A stretch of 49,765 bases of DNA from Escherichia phage_vB_EcoD_Punny, in sequence record OL539444.1; one strand, given 5' to 3'. Positions within the stretch are counted from its first letter, which is position 1; each line of letters starts with the position of its first letter. This document shows positions 38,599 to 47,200 of this stretch, piece after piece. The position numbers were made by a program, and so were the translations under genes. The notes under the pieces were generated by a model. The model searched no databases and was not told the origin of the DNA. It saw only the letters and a list, made by a program, of their open reading frames with translations.

Positions 38599-38832
38599 TC
38601 ATAATTTAACCTCATGATACTCTATAAACTCTTGCACATATGCGCATTCGCGCGGCGACTCCTGGCCTTTTATCACCTCACAGCCACCATTAAACAGATA
38701 GCAGTGCTGGCAAAGGTTGCCACCTGCGTTTTCCTCAGCGATCTGAATTCCGGTACACAAACCGCCACCAAACCTATGAGGAAAATCGTAAGCCTGGCAG
38801 CGGCACGTTGCTTGATTCCGCTTACGTTTCAT
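38599..38832 (-). CDS. Cys-rich small protein (possible zinc-binding)
   Basis: 77 aa with CRC, C...C..C and CQHC clusters. Confidence 0.4.
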   Translation of the reverse strand: MKRKRNQATCRCQAYDFPHRFGGGLCTGIQIAEENAGGNLCQHCYLFNGGCEVIKGQESPRECAYVQEFIEYHEVKL

Positions 38833-39113
38833 TAGATGTTCTCGCTAATAAACTGGATAACCTGGCGAAGATGTTTTTCATCTTTAATTAATGCTGGCAA
38901 TTCTTCCATAACTTCTTTTTTAAGATAAATGTTTGCATTCCAGGTGAATGAGCCATCACCATTTACGCGGTAAGAGCAAAGCCATTCGCAATCATTATCA
39001 GATTCCCAAATGCACAGCGTTTCAAATTCTTCAAACTTGTTGTAACCCGTTTCAATGCTTAACTCAATGCCACGTTTGCCAGCGAAGTTAGTAGTTGTTT
39101 TTGATACCATCAT
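38832..39113 (-). CDS. hypothetical protein
   Basis: 93 aa ORF 31 nt downstream of the M5 -10; GGAGA RBS. Confidence 0.5.
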   Translation of the reverse strand: MMVSKTTTNFAGKRGIELSIETGYNKFEEFETLCIWESDNDCEWLCSYRVNGDGSFTWNANIYLKKEVMEELPALIKDEKHLRQVIQFISENI

Positions 39114-39144
39114 TTTTAAATTCTCCGGTTCGTTTTGATGAATG

Positions 39145-39189
39145 CATTATGCCAAAACAAACCGGATCGCTTTTAACAAAAAGTGCTAT
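39145..39189 (-). promoter_or_regulatory. dyad-motif promoter unit M5
   Basis: On the minus strand ATAGCACTTTTTGTTAAAAG, 18-nt gap, TGgCATAAT, leader CATCAAAACGAACCGGAGA. Confidence 0.55.
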
Positions 39190-39290
39190 TTAATTAAAAT
39201 ACGAATACCTTTTCGCACGCTTTCCGTCGCCTCCGTAATGGTCATTAGCAACAGCAAGAATCCAAGCGTTAGGAATAAAAAATAGCTTCA

Positions 39291-39485
39291 TCAATCACTC
39301 TCCATGACAATTACAGGCTCCAGGCGCTCAAGCACCACTTTGAAATCGGAGTAAAAAGTAGGGCGACGTTTTGTTAATTCCTCATATGTATCAGTTGCCA
39401 GGCAAGCGCGATCACCTTCATAGCACACAACTCGCTTACCATTTGCGCGACTGATTGCAACGACGCGATAAGTATTATTGATCAT
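39291..39485 (-). CDS. hypothetical protein
   Basis: 64 aa ORF coupled to its neighbours. Confidence 0.4.
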   Translation of the reverse strand: MINNTYRVVAISRANGKRVVCYEGDRACLATDTYEELTKRRPTFYSDFKVVLERLEPVIVMESD

Positions 39486-39718
39486 TTCATCACCTCAATT
39501 GAATAAATACTTTCAACGCCTGGCGCGTATAACCGCTTTCCATCTTCAGTTATGCAAAGACAAAGGGCAAGGCCGCGATTGTCTGAAATATGCAAGTCAT
39601 TTTGTCTATCCATCAAAATTTCATATTCGCGATCTTCATCAAAGCGCCAAACTCTTAACATGCACTTTCCAGATGATTTAACTTTTACTTTCTTTCCGAT
39701 GAAATTTAAACGACTCAT
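39482..39718 (-). CDS. hypothetical protein
   Basis: 78 aa ORF overlapping its neighbours by 4 nt. Confidence 0.4.
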   Translation of the reverse strand: MSRLNFIGKKVKVKSSGKCMLRVWRFDEDREYEILMDRQNDLHISDNRGLALCLCITEDGKRLYAPGVESIYSIEVMK

Positions 39719-39933
39719 TGTGCAGCCTCCACAGTTTCAAATACGGTATTGAATGCCAGAAGTTTAAATTTCTTGCCAGGCTCAACCACTGCGATATTCC
39801 AGGTAATGCCGCCGTGATATGCAACCATATCATCAATATCAACAGTAACCTCAGTACCTTTTTTGAACAATCCTTTTTCGTGGCTCGCATCGCGTACAGT
39901 AACCACAGTTTCGAATTGAGTTTGAATTTCCAT
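39715..39933 (-). CDS. hypothetical protein
   Basis: 72 aa ORF. Confidence 0.4.
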   Translation of the reverse strand: MEIQTQFETVVTVRDASHEKGLFKKGTEVTVDIDDMVAYHGGITWNIAVVEPGKKFKLLAFNTVFETVEAAQ

Positions 39934-40007
39934 CGTTAATCTCCTGATTGGTTTCGATGGGGTAACTATATCAAGATACCCCGATCCTTTTTTAGCAATT
40001 CGTGCTA

Positions 40008-40292
40008 TTAGCCAAACGCTTTAATTTCGAAATCTTCTTCTGCCTGATTAGCAACCGCCGTGAACATTTGCTCAAGAGTTTCAAATCCGAAATGTTTAGC
40101 GATCTCATAAGCCGCTTTACCTTCCGTCTGCATGTTTAGCGCTTCGCAATAGTGCATTTCCAGATTGTTCAGGTATTTGTTGCCAGTTGGGATTGCTGCG
40201 TCGATTTTGTCCCACACGATCCAAAAGTTTGTTTTGTCAGCCGCTGCGAGTACAAAGTTTGTCTTGTCTACTGCAATCACTAAGTTTTCCAT
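40008..40292 (-). CDS. hypothetical protein
   Basis: 94 aa ORF 31 nt downstream of the M6 -10; first gene of the leftward cluster. Confidence 0.5.
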   Translation of the reverse strand: MENLVIAVDKTNFVLAAADKTNFWIVWDKIDAAIPTGNKYLNNLEMHYCEALNMQTEGKAAYEIAKHFGFETLEQMFTAVANQAEEDFEIKAFG

Positions 40293-40323
40293 CGTGTAAT
40301 CCTCAGTTCGTTTCGTTGATGTA

Positions 40324-40368
40324 ATTATAGCAATTCGCGTCTGATTGGTTTTAACAAAAAGTGCTATT
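40324..40368 (-). promoter_or_regulatory. dyad-motif promoter unit M6
   Basis: On the minus strand ATAGCACTTTTTGTTAAAAC, 19-nt gap, TGcTATAAT, leader CATCAACGAAACGAA. Confidence 0.55.
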
Positions 40369-40376
40369 CATGCGAT

Positions 40377-40404
40377 AGACCGATTGGTCTAGACCGTTTG
40401 GTCT
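40377..40404. promoter_or_regulatory. tandem palindromes AGACCGNTTGGTCT x2 (operator-like)
   Basis: Two adjacent 14-bp imperfect palindromes immediately upstream of unit M6. Confidence 0.45.
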
Positions 40405-40407
40405 AAT

Positions 40408-40530
40408 GAACGCATCGTTTTGTGTATCGAACGCATTCACGATCACGTTATACGATCACAATATGATCATGTTGATGATTGATGTGTGAGTTGATGTGAT
40501 TTGATTTGATTAGATTTGATTATATTTGAG
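40408..40530. repeat. GATC cluster and GATTT/TGATG iteron-like tract (possible origin or regulatory region)
   Basis: Repeated GAACGCAT, three closely spaced GATC sites, then TGATGATTGATGTG and five GATT(T/A) pentamers; no ORF. Confidence 0.4.
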
Positions 40531-40667
40531 TAGTGAGAGAGCAGAAATAATCACACCTTGCCGATCAGAGAAAACTTTTCCCGCAAAAAATCACTCCAGG
40601 CTCAGCTCGTTTCGTTTTGTTCCTCGCCGTTCCCATCCCGACCTTCCGCAGTTTAGCGCAACGTTAC

Positions 40668-40740
40668 ACAACACGTATAACAACAAAATATCTATATAAT
40701 ACATTGAAAAGTAAGATAATTATTATTATATATCTATATT
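40668..40740. repeat. conserved AT-rich intergenic element, copy B
   Basis: Matches 20171-20245 (two identical blocks of 20 and 25 nt). Confidence 0.7.
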
Positions 40741-40956
40741 GTTATATAACTTGTTTTGCTTGTTTCTCATGATATTGATACCCCTTCACGGATTTATAGA
40801 GTATAAAATTATAAGATAGGTGCTCTTATTTATTATAGGTGGCGGTGATTTTTAGCGAAATGGTGTAACGATTTAGAACATCGTTGATTTGAAAGGATAA
40901 ATTTTCAATTACTGTTACATTGCGTGATGTTTTTGTTGCCTAATCAAAAATAACAC

Positions 40957-40984
40957 TTGACGCATAAGCCAGGTTTGCTAAGAT
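40957..40984 (+). promoter_or_regulatory. sigma70-like early promoter
   Basis: TTGACG, 16-bp spacer, TAAGAT; about 34 nt upstream of ATG 41019. Confidence 0.5.
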
Positions 40985-41018
40985 TTCTGCATCGAGCAAC
41001 AACGGAGGATAACCAATC

Positions 41019-41306
41019 ATGGTAAGGGGCAAAATCGTAAAGCGTGACCTATCCATAGTTGATGCAACGCCAGAAGATGCAACCAAAGATATCATGCGCC
41101 TAATGTACATAGCGCGGATACTGGAGGCTGCAAAACCAAACAGGCTGTATTACATCGACATTAAGGCATCCGGTCGCGACGTTAATTCATTGCGCCAGGC
41201 AATAAACACGATTGCTAAAGAGGATCGCAGAACAATTAAGACAATAACCACTGATAACGGCTATATCGGCTTTGTTATCATCGACGTTAAAGAAGCGTTT
41301 GTGTAA
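41019..41306 (+). CDS. hypothetical early protein
   Basis: 95 aa ORF with GGAGGA RBS; first gene of the rightward early array. Confidence 0.5.
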   Translation: MVRGKIVKRDLSIVDATPEDATKDIMRLMYIARILEAAKPNRLYYIDIKASGRDVNSLRQAINTIAKEDRRTIKTITTDNGYIGFVIIDVKEAFV

Positions 41307-41317
41307 AGAGGTGAATC

Positions 41318-41761
41318 ATGGAACAAATGACAAGTAAAGAGTTTTGCGAAAAATTGCGCGAAGCTGCAAGAGCCGCTGCAACAGGTGAAGTGATAAAGTT
41401 GCCAGTTGCCTATATCACAATGCACGTTCAGGCAGAGGACGCAAAGAAGCTAAATTCCTCATACATTCGCACGATCATGAATCGCGTACCTGAAGTAAAA
41501 GAGGTTGGATCTGTAAGCGTAAAGAAAAAGACAAGTGATGACGGAGCGGAATATTACGAGATCGCAATCAATCGTGACACAAAGCGCCGCATCGTAACAA
41601 TTAATGACCTTCCGGCAATCAAAGAGCATGAGCGCGAAAAACTGATCGAAAAGATTATGCGCATATCGCCGGACTTCTCACACCTGGACGATGAAAAGGC
41701 ACTTGTTGCAATGCGAGCGGTTGCCACGTTCAAAGATCTGATTAAGGAGATCGCGAAGTGA
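41318..41761 (+). CDS. hypothetical early protein
   Basis: 147 aa ORF. Confidence 0.5.
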   Translation: MEQMTSKEFCEKLREAARAAATGEVIKLPVAYITMHVQAEDAKKLNSSYIRTIMNRVPEVKEVGSVSVKKKTSDDGAEYYEIAINRDTKRRIVTINDLPAIKEHEREKLIEKIMRISPDFSHLDDEKALVAMRAVATFKDLIKEIAK

Positions 41762-41865
41762 AAGCATTCGCATTTATCGCTGCAATGTGGTGCGTTGCAA
41801 TCGGTCATCCTGGCGTGGCGCTTGCGTTGTGCGTATTTATTTTGTTGGGGGTGTTTGATGAATAA
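41758..41865 (+). CDS. small hydrophobic peptide (35 aa, GTG start)
   Basis: AAGGAGA RBS 7 nt upstream; start overlaps the upstream stop; single predicted transmembrane helix. Confidence 0.3.
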   Translation: MKAFAFIAAMWCVAIGHPGVALALCVFILLGVFDE

Positions 41866-41971
41866 GAAACTTTTAGATCATGCCGTGGTGTTCTTTATCG
41901 CTGCTGCTGGATTTTCGCTGTTGTCAATTGCTTTTTCAATCCTTGCTTTTGCCGTGTCAATGCTGAAATGA
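41858..41971 (+). CDS. small hydrophobic peptide (37 aa)
   Basis: MNKKLLDHAVVFFIAAAGFSLLSIAFSILAFAVSMLK. Confidence 0.3.
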   Translation: MNKKLLDHAVVFFIAAAGFSLLSIAFSILAFAVSMLK

Positions 41972-41993
41972 CGGATTACATCCTGATTGGCAA

Positions 41994-42037
41994 ATAGCAC
42001 TTTTTGTTAAAACTCGATTGGGGTAGTTTGGCATAAT
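41994..42037 (+). promoter_or_regulatory. dyad-motif promoter unit P5
   Basis: ATAGCACTTTTTGTTAAAAC, 18-nt gap, TGgCATAAT between GGGGTA and TACCCC, leader CATCGAAACGAAACGAGG. Confidence 0.55.
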
Positions 42038-42068
42038 TACCCCATCGAAACGAAACGAGGAAAACACA

Positions 42069-42227
42069 ATGACTACCTTAATCACCTGGGAACACGAAAC
42101 AAGCCAGCCAGTAACCCGCGAGTTTGAAACTCTTAGCCAGGCTTATCTGCTGGCTGCTAACGGTGGTTATTACAAGGCTCAAGTTATTGATGAAATGGGA
42201 GTGATCGTTTATGAATTCCATGCATAA
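42069..42227 (+). CDS. hypothetical small protein (52 aa)
   Basis: ATG 31 nt after the P5 -10; below the track cut-off. Confidence 0.4.
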   Translation: MTTLITWEHETSQPVTREFETLSQAYLLAANGGYYKAQVIDEMGVIVYEFHA

Positions 42228-42492
42228 TTTCCGCAGCTACACGCAGGAAGTGGATTTTGATGGGATCAAGTTACCACTTCCTAACATATACCGCTATATC
42301 ACTCGTGATGAATACGGATTTATAAACGCATGGCGAGATAAGCCAAAAAAGGTTGGCAATGAATACGGCGACGGCTCAGAGATGCCGATCACGTTAGGTC
42401 ATCAAACTGGCGAAAATGTATCGGCTGTAATGCGCAAATATCGCCGCAGCCGCACAAACTCATTAATTTCTATCTTTGGCATACCGGAGTAA
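42211..42492 (+). CDS. hypothetical protein
   Basis: 93 aa ORF. Confidence 0.4.
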   Translation: MNSMHNFRSYTQEVDFDGIKLPLPNIYRYITRDEYGFINAWRDKPKKVGNEYGDGSEMPITLGHQTGENVSAVMRKYRRSRTNSLISIFGIPE

Positions 42493-42497
42493 TAAAA

Positions 42498-42755
42498 ATG
42501 TTTGAACTGAAACGCGTAACTGTTGAGATCCTGAATGATGGCTCTTACGATGGAATGAAACACTTAACCTTCCCGATCCGCATTGAAAATTGCATTGATT
42601 ATGGGATCGAAGTTGGCATGGTTGACGTTCCGCTTGATGCACTTATCGCGGCTGGCTATGACAAAGAGAAAGGCCAATGTGCTGATATACCGGATAGCTA
42701 TGAAAGCGACACACATTTCCCGTTCACATATGGAGAATGCCGGATTGTTGATTGA
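42498..42755 (+). CDS. hypothetical protein
   Basis: 85 aa acidic ORF. Confidence 0.45.
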   Translation: MFELKRVTVEILNDGSYDGMKHLTFPIRIENCIDYGIEVGMVDVPLDALIAAGYDKEKGQCADIPDSYESDTHFPFTYGECRIVD

Positions 42756-42828
42756 GGTGATAAAGTGAGCAGTTGGCACAATGAGCACGTAATGCAATTC
42801 TACCGCCACAGAATAAAGAAAATGCTAA

Positions 42829-42872
42829 ATAGCACGAATTGCTAAAACTAAATCAGGGGAATTTGTTATAGT
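42829..42872 (+). promoter_or_regulatory. dyad-motif promoter unit P6
   Basis: ATAGCACGAATTGCTAAAAC, 18-nt gap, TGtTATAGT flanked by AGGG/CCCT. Confidence 0.5.
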
Positions 42873-42905
42873 GCCCTCGTTGAGTTAAGCAAAGGAGAAT
42901 CAACA

Positions 42906-43460
42906 ATGTTAAGCATCGAAAAAATCAACTTCCCGATCACATTTAAAAATTGCGCTGACGGTAGAAATATTACATATCACAGTGAATACAGCAACGGCGT
43001 TTGGAGTAGCGGCGAGAAAAGCAGTCTTTCATTGCAATATTTCATTAAGCTGCATAATGAGCATAACCAAAGCAATAGTAATGTGTTGAGGTACTATTAC
43101 GAAATGGCAGAAAAACGCGAGGATAACGATCTGTTAGATGCGATGAAATATTTAAATATCAAGCCTGGCCAGGTTAATTTAAACGGTGCTGTGTTTACTG
43201 CGTCAGTAGGTGCTAAAGATTACGATTACATTTGCAAGGTTGAAAATATGCCAGTTGGCGCAACTCTGTTAGGTGTTCAGCGTGAAAATGGCGAATGGGA
43301 CGAGTTGAAATTTAAACCGCGCCGCATTGAAGTACACGACGATGTTATTTGCTTGCTTTCCGGTTATTCTGGAGGTTACAAGAGCGGCAATAATTACGGA
43401 GCTGAAATCAACATTAAGATCGGTACTAACGTAAAAATCAAAAACAGCACGAATTGCTAA
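42906..43460 (+). CDS. hypothetical protein
   Basis: 184 aa ORF with AAGGAGAA RBS; the C-terminal NSTNC and stop are encoded by the next dyad motif. Confidence 0.5.
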   Translation: MLSIEKINFPITFKNCADGRNITYHSEYSNGVWSSGEKSSLSLQYFIKLHNEHNQSNSNVLRYYYEMAEKREDNDLLDAMKYLNIKPGQVNLNGAVFTASVGAKDYDYICKVENMPVGATLLGVQRENGEWDELKFKPRRIEVHDDVICLLSGYSGGYKSGNNYGAEINIKIGTNVKIKNSTNC

Positions 43461-43486
43461 AACAAATTAACGGCCTTGCGATATAG
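43443..43486 (+). promoter_or_regulatory. dyad-motif promoter unit P7
   Basis: ACAGCACGAATTGCTAAAAC, 18-nt gap, TATAGT in the loop of GGCCTT/AAGGCC. Confidence 0.55.
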
Positions 43487-43519
43487 TAAGGCCATACCAA
43501 ACAAACCGGAGAAGTTAAC

Positions 43520-43696
43520 ATGAAATTATATGGTGTCGCTGGAATCGCTTTCTTTTCTTTGTGGATTGCTGCAATCGCTGGCTGGATCATGAATATCGTT
43601 GAAATGTTTGGCGATATCACAACCAACGAATTAATCATTCGCGCAATCGGGATATTCGTTGCACCTGCTGGCGCATTAATGGGCTGGTTCATGTAA
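43520..43696 (+). CDS. small membrane protein (58 aa)
   Basis: Two hydrophobic segments; CCGGAGAA RBS. Confidence 0.4.
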   Translation: MKLYGVAGIAFFSLWIAAIAGWIMNIVEMFGDITTNELIIRAIGIFVAPAGALMGWFM

Positions 43697-43739
43697 TAGC
43701 ACTTTTTGCTAAAACAAAATTTCGGGGTTGCGGTATAGT
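43696..43739 (+). promoter_or_regulatory. dyad-motif promoter unit P8
   Basis: ATAGCACTTTTTGCTAAAAC, 18-nt gap, TATAGT in the loop of GGGGT/ACCCC. Confidence 0.55.
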
Positions 43740-43769
43740 GACCCCACACAAAACAAAGAGGATCAGATA

Positions 43770-44096
43770 ATGGAATTAGCACGTAACGCAATTTATGGTT
43801 TGCACCTCAAAGGCGGAAAAGGTTTTACTTGTGCCCACCTTTTTCATGTGAATGAGCGTGGTCAGATGGATATCGCAATGTTTGTTGACCAAAGGGTTAA
43901 GAAAGGCGGTGAGGGTGATTGTGATACATTCCGACCGGATTTAGTTGAATACGATCACACATACAGTCATGATCACTGGATTGGTCACGGTCGCAAGTTT
44001 GTAATGGTTAATAGCCACGTTACCGACACAAGCAAAATCACTGCATCGCAGTATAAGCGCATGGCTCGCAAGGTTATGAAGTTAGAAGCGCAATAG
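43770..44096 (+). CDS. hypothetical protein
   Basis: 108 aa ORF with AAGAGGA RBS; stop is the TAG in the next motif. Confidence 0.5.
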   Translation: MELARNAIYGLHLKGGKGFTCAHLFHVNERGQMDIAMFVDQRVKKGGEGDCDTFRPDLVEYDHTYSHDHWIGHGRKFVMVNSHVTDTSKITASQYKRMARKVMKLEAQ

Positions 44097-44136
44097 CACG
44101 AAATGTTAAGCGGTCATGTGTGCTGATTGGTACAAT
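44093..44136 (+). promoter_or_regulatory. dyad-motif promoter unit P9 (degenerate motif)
   Basis: ATAGCACGAAATGTTAAGCG, 18-nt gap, TGgTACAAT within GGTCAT/ATGACC hairpin. Confidence 0.45.
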
Positions 44137-44168
44137 GACCTCATCAAACAACAAGAGAGGATAGAAAA

Positions 44169-44276
44169 ATGTCAAAAGAATCAATTAAGCAGTTTCTGAA
44201 ATACGGCTCTATGATTGTGCTCGCTACCGTTGTGCTGGCTGGTATCGCTTACAGTGTCATTGAATTTGTGGGGTAA
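44169..44276 (+). CDS. small hydrophobic peptide (35 aa)
   Basis: MSKESIKQFLKYGSMIVLATVVLAGIAYSVIEFVG; GAGAGGA RBS. Confidence 0.35.
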   Translation: MSKESIKQFLKYGSMIVLATVVLAGIAYSVIEFVG

Positions 44277-44279
44277 TGG

Positions 44280-44843
44280 ATGTTTAAGATCGAATTGTGG
44301 GGCAAGGAATACACTAATCACTACGTTGCAACAAAACAGCGTTTCGTGATTTTCGACCTGGACGGCACATTGTCAAACGGCATTAACCGTTTGCACCTTT
44401 TGCCAACTGTTGATTTACATCTTACTGAAAGCTGGAGTGAGTTTAATCGCGCCGCAAAGGATGATTTACCATTCAGGGATAACATAGCCGTTTGCAATGC
44501 TATGTTTGATGCCGGATACCTGGTTATTATCCTAACAGGACGTAGTGATGAAGTTGAAGCAGAAACGCGATCCTGGTTAGCTGAAAACGGCGTTTCTTTC
44601 GATTGGCTGATTATGCGCCGCGCGGAGGACAACCGGAAAGATACCGTGATCAAAGAGGAAGTTTTACGCGCTATCGGCCTGGAGAATATCGTTGCATGTT
44701 GGGATGACTCACCAAACGTTATTGCACACCTGCGCGGCCTGGGCTTGACTGTTTACCAGGTCATTGACTACGGCGAGCAGTTACACGATCACTTAAAATC
44801 TCACGGCGTGGAGGAATTGAGCGATGACAGCAAAGCTAATTGA
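44280..44843 (+). CDS. HAD-superfamily phosphatase (polynucleotide 3'-phosphatase-like)
   Basis: FVIFDLDGTLSNG (DxDGT motif I), 187 aa. Confidence 0.55.
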   Translation: MFKIELWGKEYTNHYVATKQRFVIFDLDGTLSNGINRLHLLPTVDLHLTESWSEFNRAAKDDLPFRDNIAVCNAMFDAGYLVIILTGRSDEVEAETRSWLAENGVSFDWLIMRRAEDNRKDTVIKEEVLRAIGLENIVACWDDSPNVIAHLRGLGLTVYQVIDYGEQLHDHLKSHGVEELSDDSKAN

Positions 44844-45012
44844 AGATCGTCATGGTGATAACGTGCTTATTTACATCGAAGGGAAATCGGTTTGGATTGA
44901 CTGCAAATATGAGGATGACACACATTTGCAGTTTCGCGGAATCTTTGACAAGAAAGGCGCGTTAGAGTTAGCAGAACACATCAAGCTGCTTGCGGAAGAA
45001 TTACCGGAATAG
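44824..45012 (+). CDS. hypothetical protein
   Basis: 62 aa ORF overlapping the upstream gene end. Confidence 0.4.
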   Translation: MTAKLIEDRHGDNVLIYIEGKSVWIDCKYEDDTHLQFRGIFDKKGALELAEHIKLLAEELPE

Positions 45013-45022
45013 AGGATTTATT

Positions 45023-45208
45023 ATGTTGACTTTTATCTTGATCGCTATAGTTTTAATTCTGTATATTTGCGGCGCTTTCCTGATGCGAGCGCTACTAAAA
45101 GAGGCTGACGCTGATGATAAGGATAGTTGGAAGCCGATTATTTTATGGCCTGGATATATCATCGTGCCGATTTACGAACTAATCCGCGATGGTGAGTTTA
45201 AGTGGTAA
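45023..45208 (+). CDS. small membrane protein (61 aa)
   Basis: N-terminal transmembrane helix; AGAGGA RBS. Confidence 0.4.
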   Translation: MLTFILIAIVLILYICGAFLMRALLKEADADDKDSWKPIILWPGYIIVPIYELIRDGEFKW

Positions 45209-45252
45209 ATAGCACTTTTTGCTAAAACTTGCTAAGGCACATTTGATAAAGT
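45209..45252 (+). promoter_or_regulatory. dyad-motif promoter unit P10
   Basis: ATAGCACTTTTTGCTAAAAC, 18-nt gap, TGaTAAAGT in the loop of AAGGCACA/TGTGCCTT. Confidence 0.55.
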
Positions 45253-45285
45253 GTGCCTTGTCGAGACAAGCAAGGAGAATGACAC

Positions 45286-45582
45286 ATGAAAGTTTTTATG
45301 ATTAAACAGTTTGGACGCGCTGCATATTATATCATCAACGACGAGGGAGATATTTTCATTTCGAACTATCCGACTCTTGAAGTTGGGCGTCATTTCAGAA
45401 GTTCAGTTGACGAAAAAGGAATTATCAATATGGTTGAGTGTGGAATGATGGTTCCCTTCAATAAAGAAGCGGCTGAATTATTCCAGCAATCACAGATCCG
45501 AAAGCGCAACCGCAATATTATTTGCTTTACCGTCGCAATGGTTGTAACTGTTGGCTCAATCTTACTTGGAGTGTGGGCGTGA
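45286..45582 (+). CDS. hypothetical protein with C-terminal transmembrane helix
   Basis: 98 aa ORF with AAGGAGAA RBS. Confidence 0.45.
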   Translation: MKVFMIKQFGRAAYYIINDEGDIFISNYPTLEVGRHFRSSVDEKGIINMVECGMMVPFNKEAAELFQQSQIRKRNRNIICFTVAMVVTVGSILLGVWA

Positions 45583-45764
45583 TGAATCTTGATAATAAAG
45601 TTGAAACGCAAAAGACGATTGATTATCTGCGTGACCTTGCCGACAAGCTGGAGAATAACCAGATTCATTTAAATGAGATCGTTATTGAATCGCGCAACGT
45701 TTGTTGGAACGTTGAAGAAGAAACATTAACCATGCAAGTTTTAAAGGCGGTAGACAATGGCTAA
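45582..45764 (+). CDS. hypothetical protein (60 aa)
   Basis: ATG overlaps the upstream TGA. Confidence 0.35.
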   Translation: MNLDNKVETQKTIDYLRDLADKLENNQIHLNEIVIESRNVCWNVEEETLTMQVLKAVDNG

Positions 45765-46332
45765 AATTATCATCCTTAACGCGCCTCCAGGTGCTGGTAA
45801 AGACACAATCGGCAAGATGATTTCTTTCTATTCGCCTGGTGAGCAATGCCGCATCATTAGCTTTAAAGAGCCAATGTTTGACATTGCATTAGCTATCCTG
45901 GGCAAAGAGAACTATCAGCGTTTCATGCTGGCTTACGATGACAGAGAGCAGAAAGAAAGGCCACAAACGTTCCTGATGGGTATGTCGCCTCGAGAGTTCA
46001 TGATCTGGATTAGCGAGGATGTGATCAAGCCTAAATTCGGCAAGGATTATTTCGGCGTAAGGTTTAACCAGAAAGTAAAAGAGTGTGATGCTCCTGTTGT
46101 TTGCACTGATGGTGGTTTTCCAGATGAAATTATCGCTCTAATCAATGCTGGTAATGAGGTGAAGTTATGCCGATTGCATCGCGACGGGTTCACGTTTGCA
46201 GGTGATAGCCGCAACTACATTCGAATCAATCCCTATTACCAGAAAAACGGATATAGCGAGCACGATTACTTATTAACCAATGAAAAGCCGATGATTACAG
46301 TTAGCGAAATCATTCGCGATCACCTTAAATAG
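45757..46332 (+). CDS. P-loop kinase (nucleotide/polynucleotide kinase-like)
   Basis: N-terminal Walker A NAPPGAGKDT; 191 aa; near the HAD phosphatase. Confidence 0.5.
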   Translation: MAKIIILNAPPGAGKDTIGKMISFYSPGEQCRIISFKEPMFDIALAILGKENYQRFMLAYDDREQKERPQTFLMGMSPREFMIWISEDVIKPKFGKDYFGVRFNQKVKECDAPVVCTDGGFPDEIIALINAGNEVKLCRLHRDGFTFAGDSRNYIRINPYYQKNGYSEHDYLLTNEKPMITVSEIIRDHLK

Positions 46333-46372
46333 CACGAATTGCTAAAACTTGCGCAAGGCCATTTGTTATAGT
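46329..46372 (+). promoter_or_regulatory. dyad-motif promoter unit P11
   Basis: ATAGCACGAATTGCTAAAAC, 18-nt gap, TGtTATAGT in the loop of AAGGCCA/TGGCCTT. Confidence 0.55.
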
Positions 46373-46407
46373 GGCCTTATTCAAGAGAAGCAACCGAGGA
46401 ATAATCG

Positions 46408-46605
46408 ATGAAAATCAAATGCACCAAATCAAACACCATGAATCTGACAGTTGGCGCAATTTACCACATGGAAGATGGTGTAAACGGATTTAGCCCGACT
46501 GTTACGCATGAATACGGCGGTCACTTCTTCTTAAACGGTAAAGACGGATTATCTGTAAATGTTGGCTCTTTCGTTCTGGCAGAATTTGAGATCGTGGAGG
46601 AATAA
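46408..46605 (+). CDS. hypothetical protein
   Basis: 65 aa ORF. Confidence 0.45.
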   Translation: MKIKCTKSNTMNLTVGAIYHMEDGVNGFSPTVTHEYGGHFFLNGKDGLSVNVGSFVLAEFEIVEE

Positions 46606-46606
46606 A

Positions 46607-46771
46607 ATGTTCTGGATTCATTCGCCGCAAGGATTGCTTTATGTGCCTGGCGTTGAATTGGAAGAACGACGCGACGGCGACACGGTAAACATCATAACGA
46701 AGGATTCAAAAGGCCATACACTAAAAACGTATGTTTTTAACACTCCGGTTAAGGTTGAAAAAGATGATTAG
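46607..46771 (+). CDS. hypothetical protein (54 aa)
   Basis: GGAGG RBS. Confidence 0.35.
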   Translation: MFWIHSPQGLLYVPGVELEERRDGDTVNIITKDSKGHTLKTYVFNTPVKVEKDD

Positions 46772-46946
46772 ATTTATTGGTTTTGTGGCATTGCTTTTGT
46801 GCGGCATATTGCTTACTGACAATGACACTTGGCAAAGTGCTGTTGGCGGCTTACTTATTTTTCTTGCTGGTGGCATGGTTGGCAGTGATGACGCAGCAAA
46901 CAAGAATAAACTTTCAGATCATTTACGCAGAGAGACAAAACGATGA
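46764..46946 (+). CDS. small membrane protein (60 aa)
   Basis: Two hydrophobic segments. Confidence 0.35.
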   Translation: MIRFIGFVALLLCGILLTDNDTWQSAVGGLLIFLAGGMVGSDDAANKNKLSDHLRRETKR

Positions 46947-47188
46947 ATAGAAAAATGCTGGTACGAGCATTCGCAAAGATTGCTAAAAGATGGGGTGATT
47001 CAGCTAAAACGCCTTACACGTTTAGCCGATACGGTTATAAAAATGCTCGCGCCTGGGGTCGCTGCATTGCTGATAACTACAACTCCGAAATGATGGAAGA
47101 TTTTGCAAAGTGGATTGATACGCCTTTGAAGGATTGGTGTCAATTTGACTATGACTATTTCGCAGAAGAAGAAATTTCTTGTTGGTAA
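46943..47188 (+). CDS. hypothetical protein
   Basis: 81 aa ORF. Confidence 0.4.
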   Translation: MNRKMLVRAFAKIAKRWGDSAKTPYTFSRYGYKNARAWGRCIADNYNSEMMEDFAKWIDTPLKDWCQFDYDYFAEEEISCW

Positions 47189-47200
47189 GGAGAATAAAAT

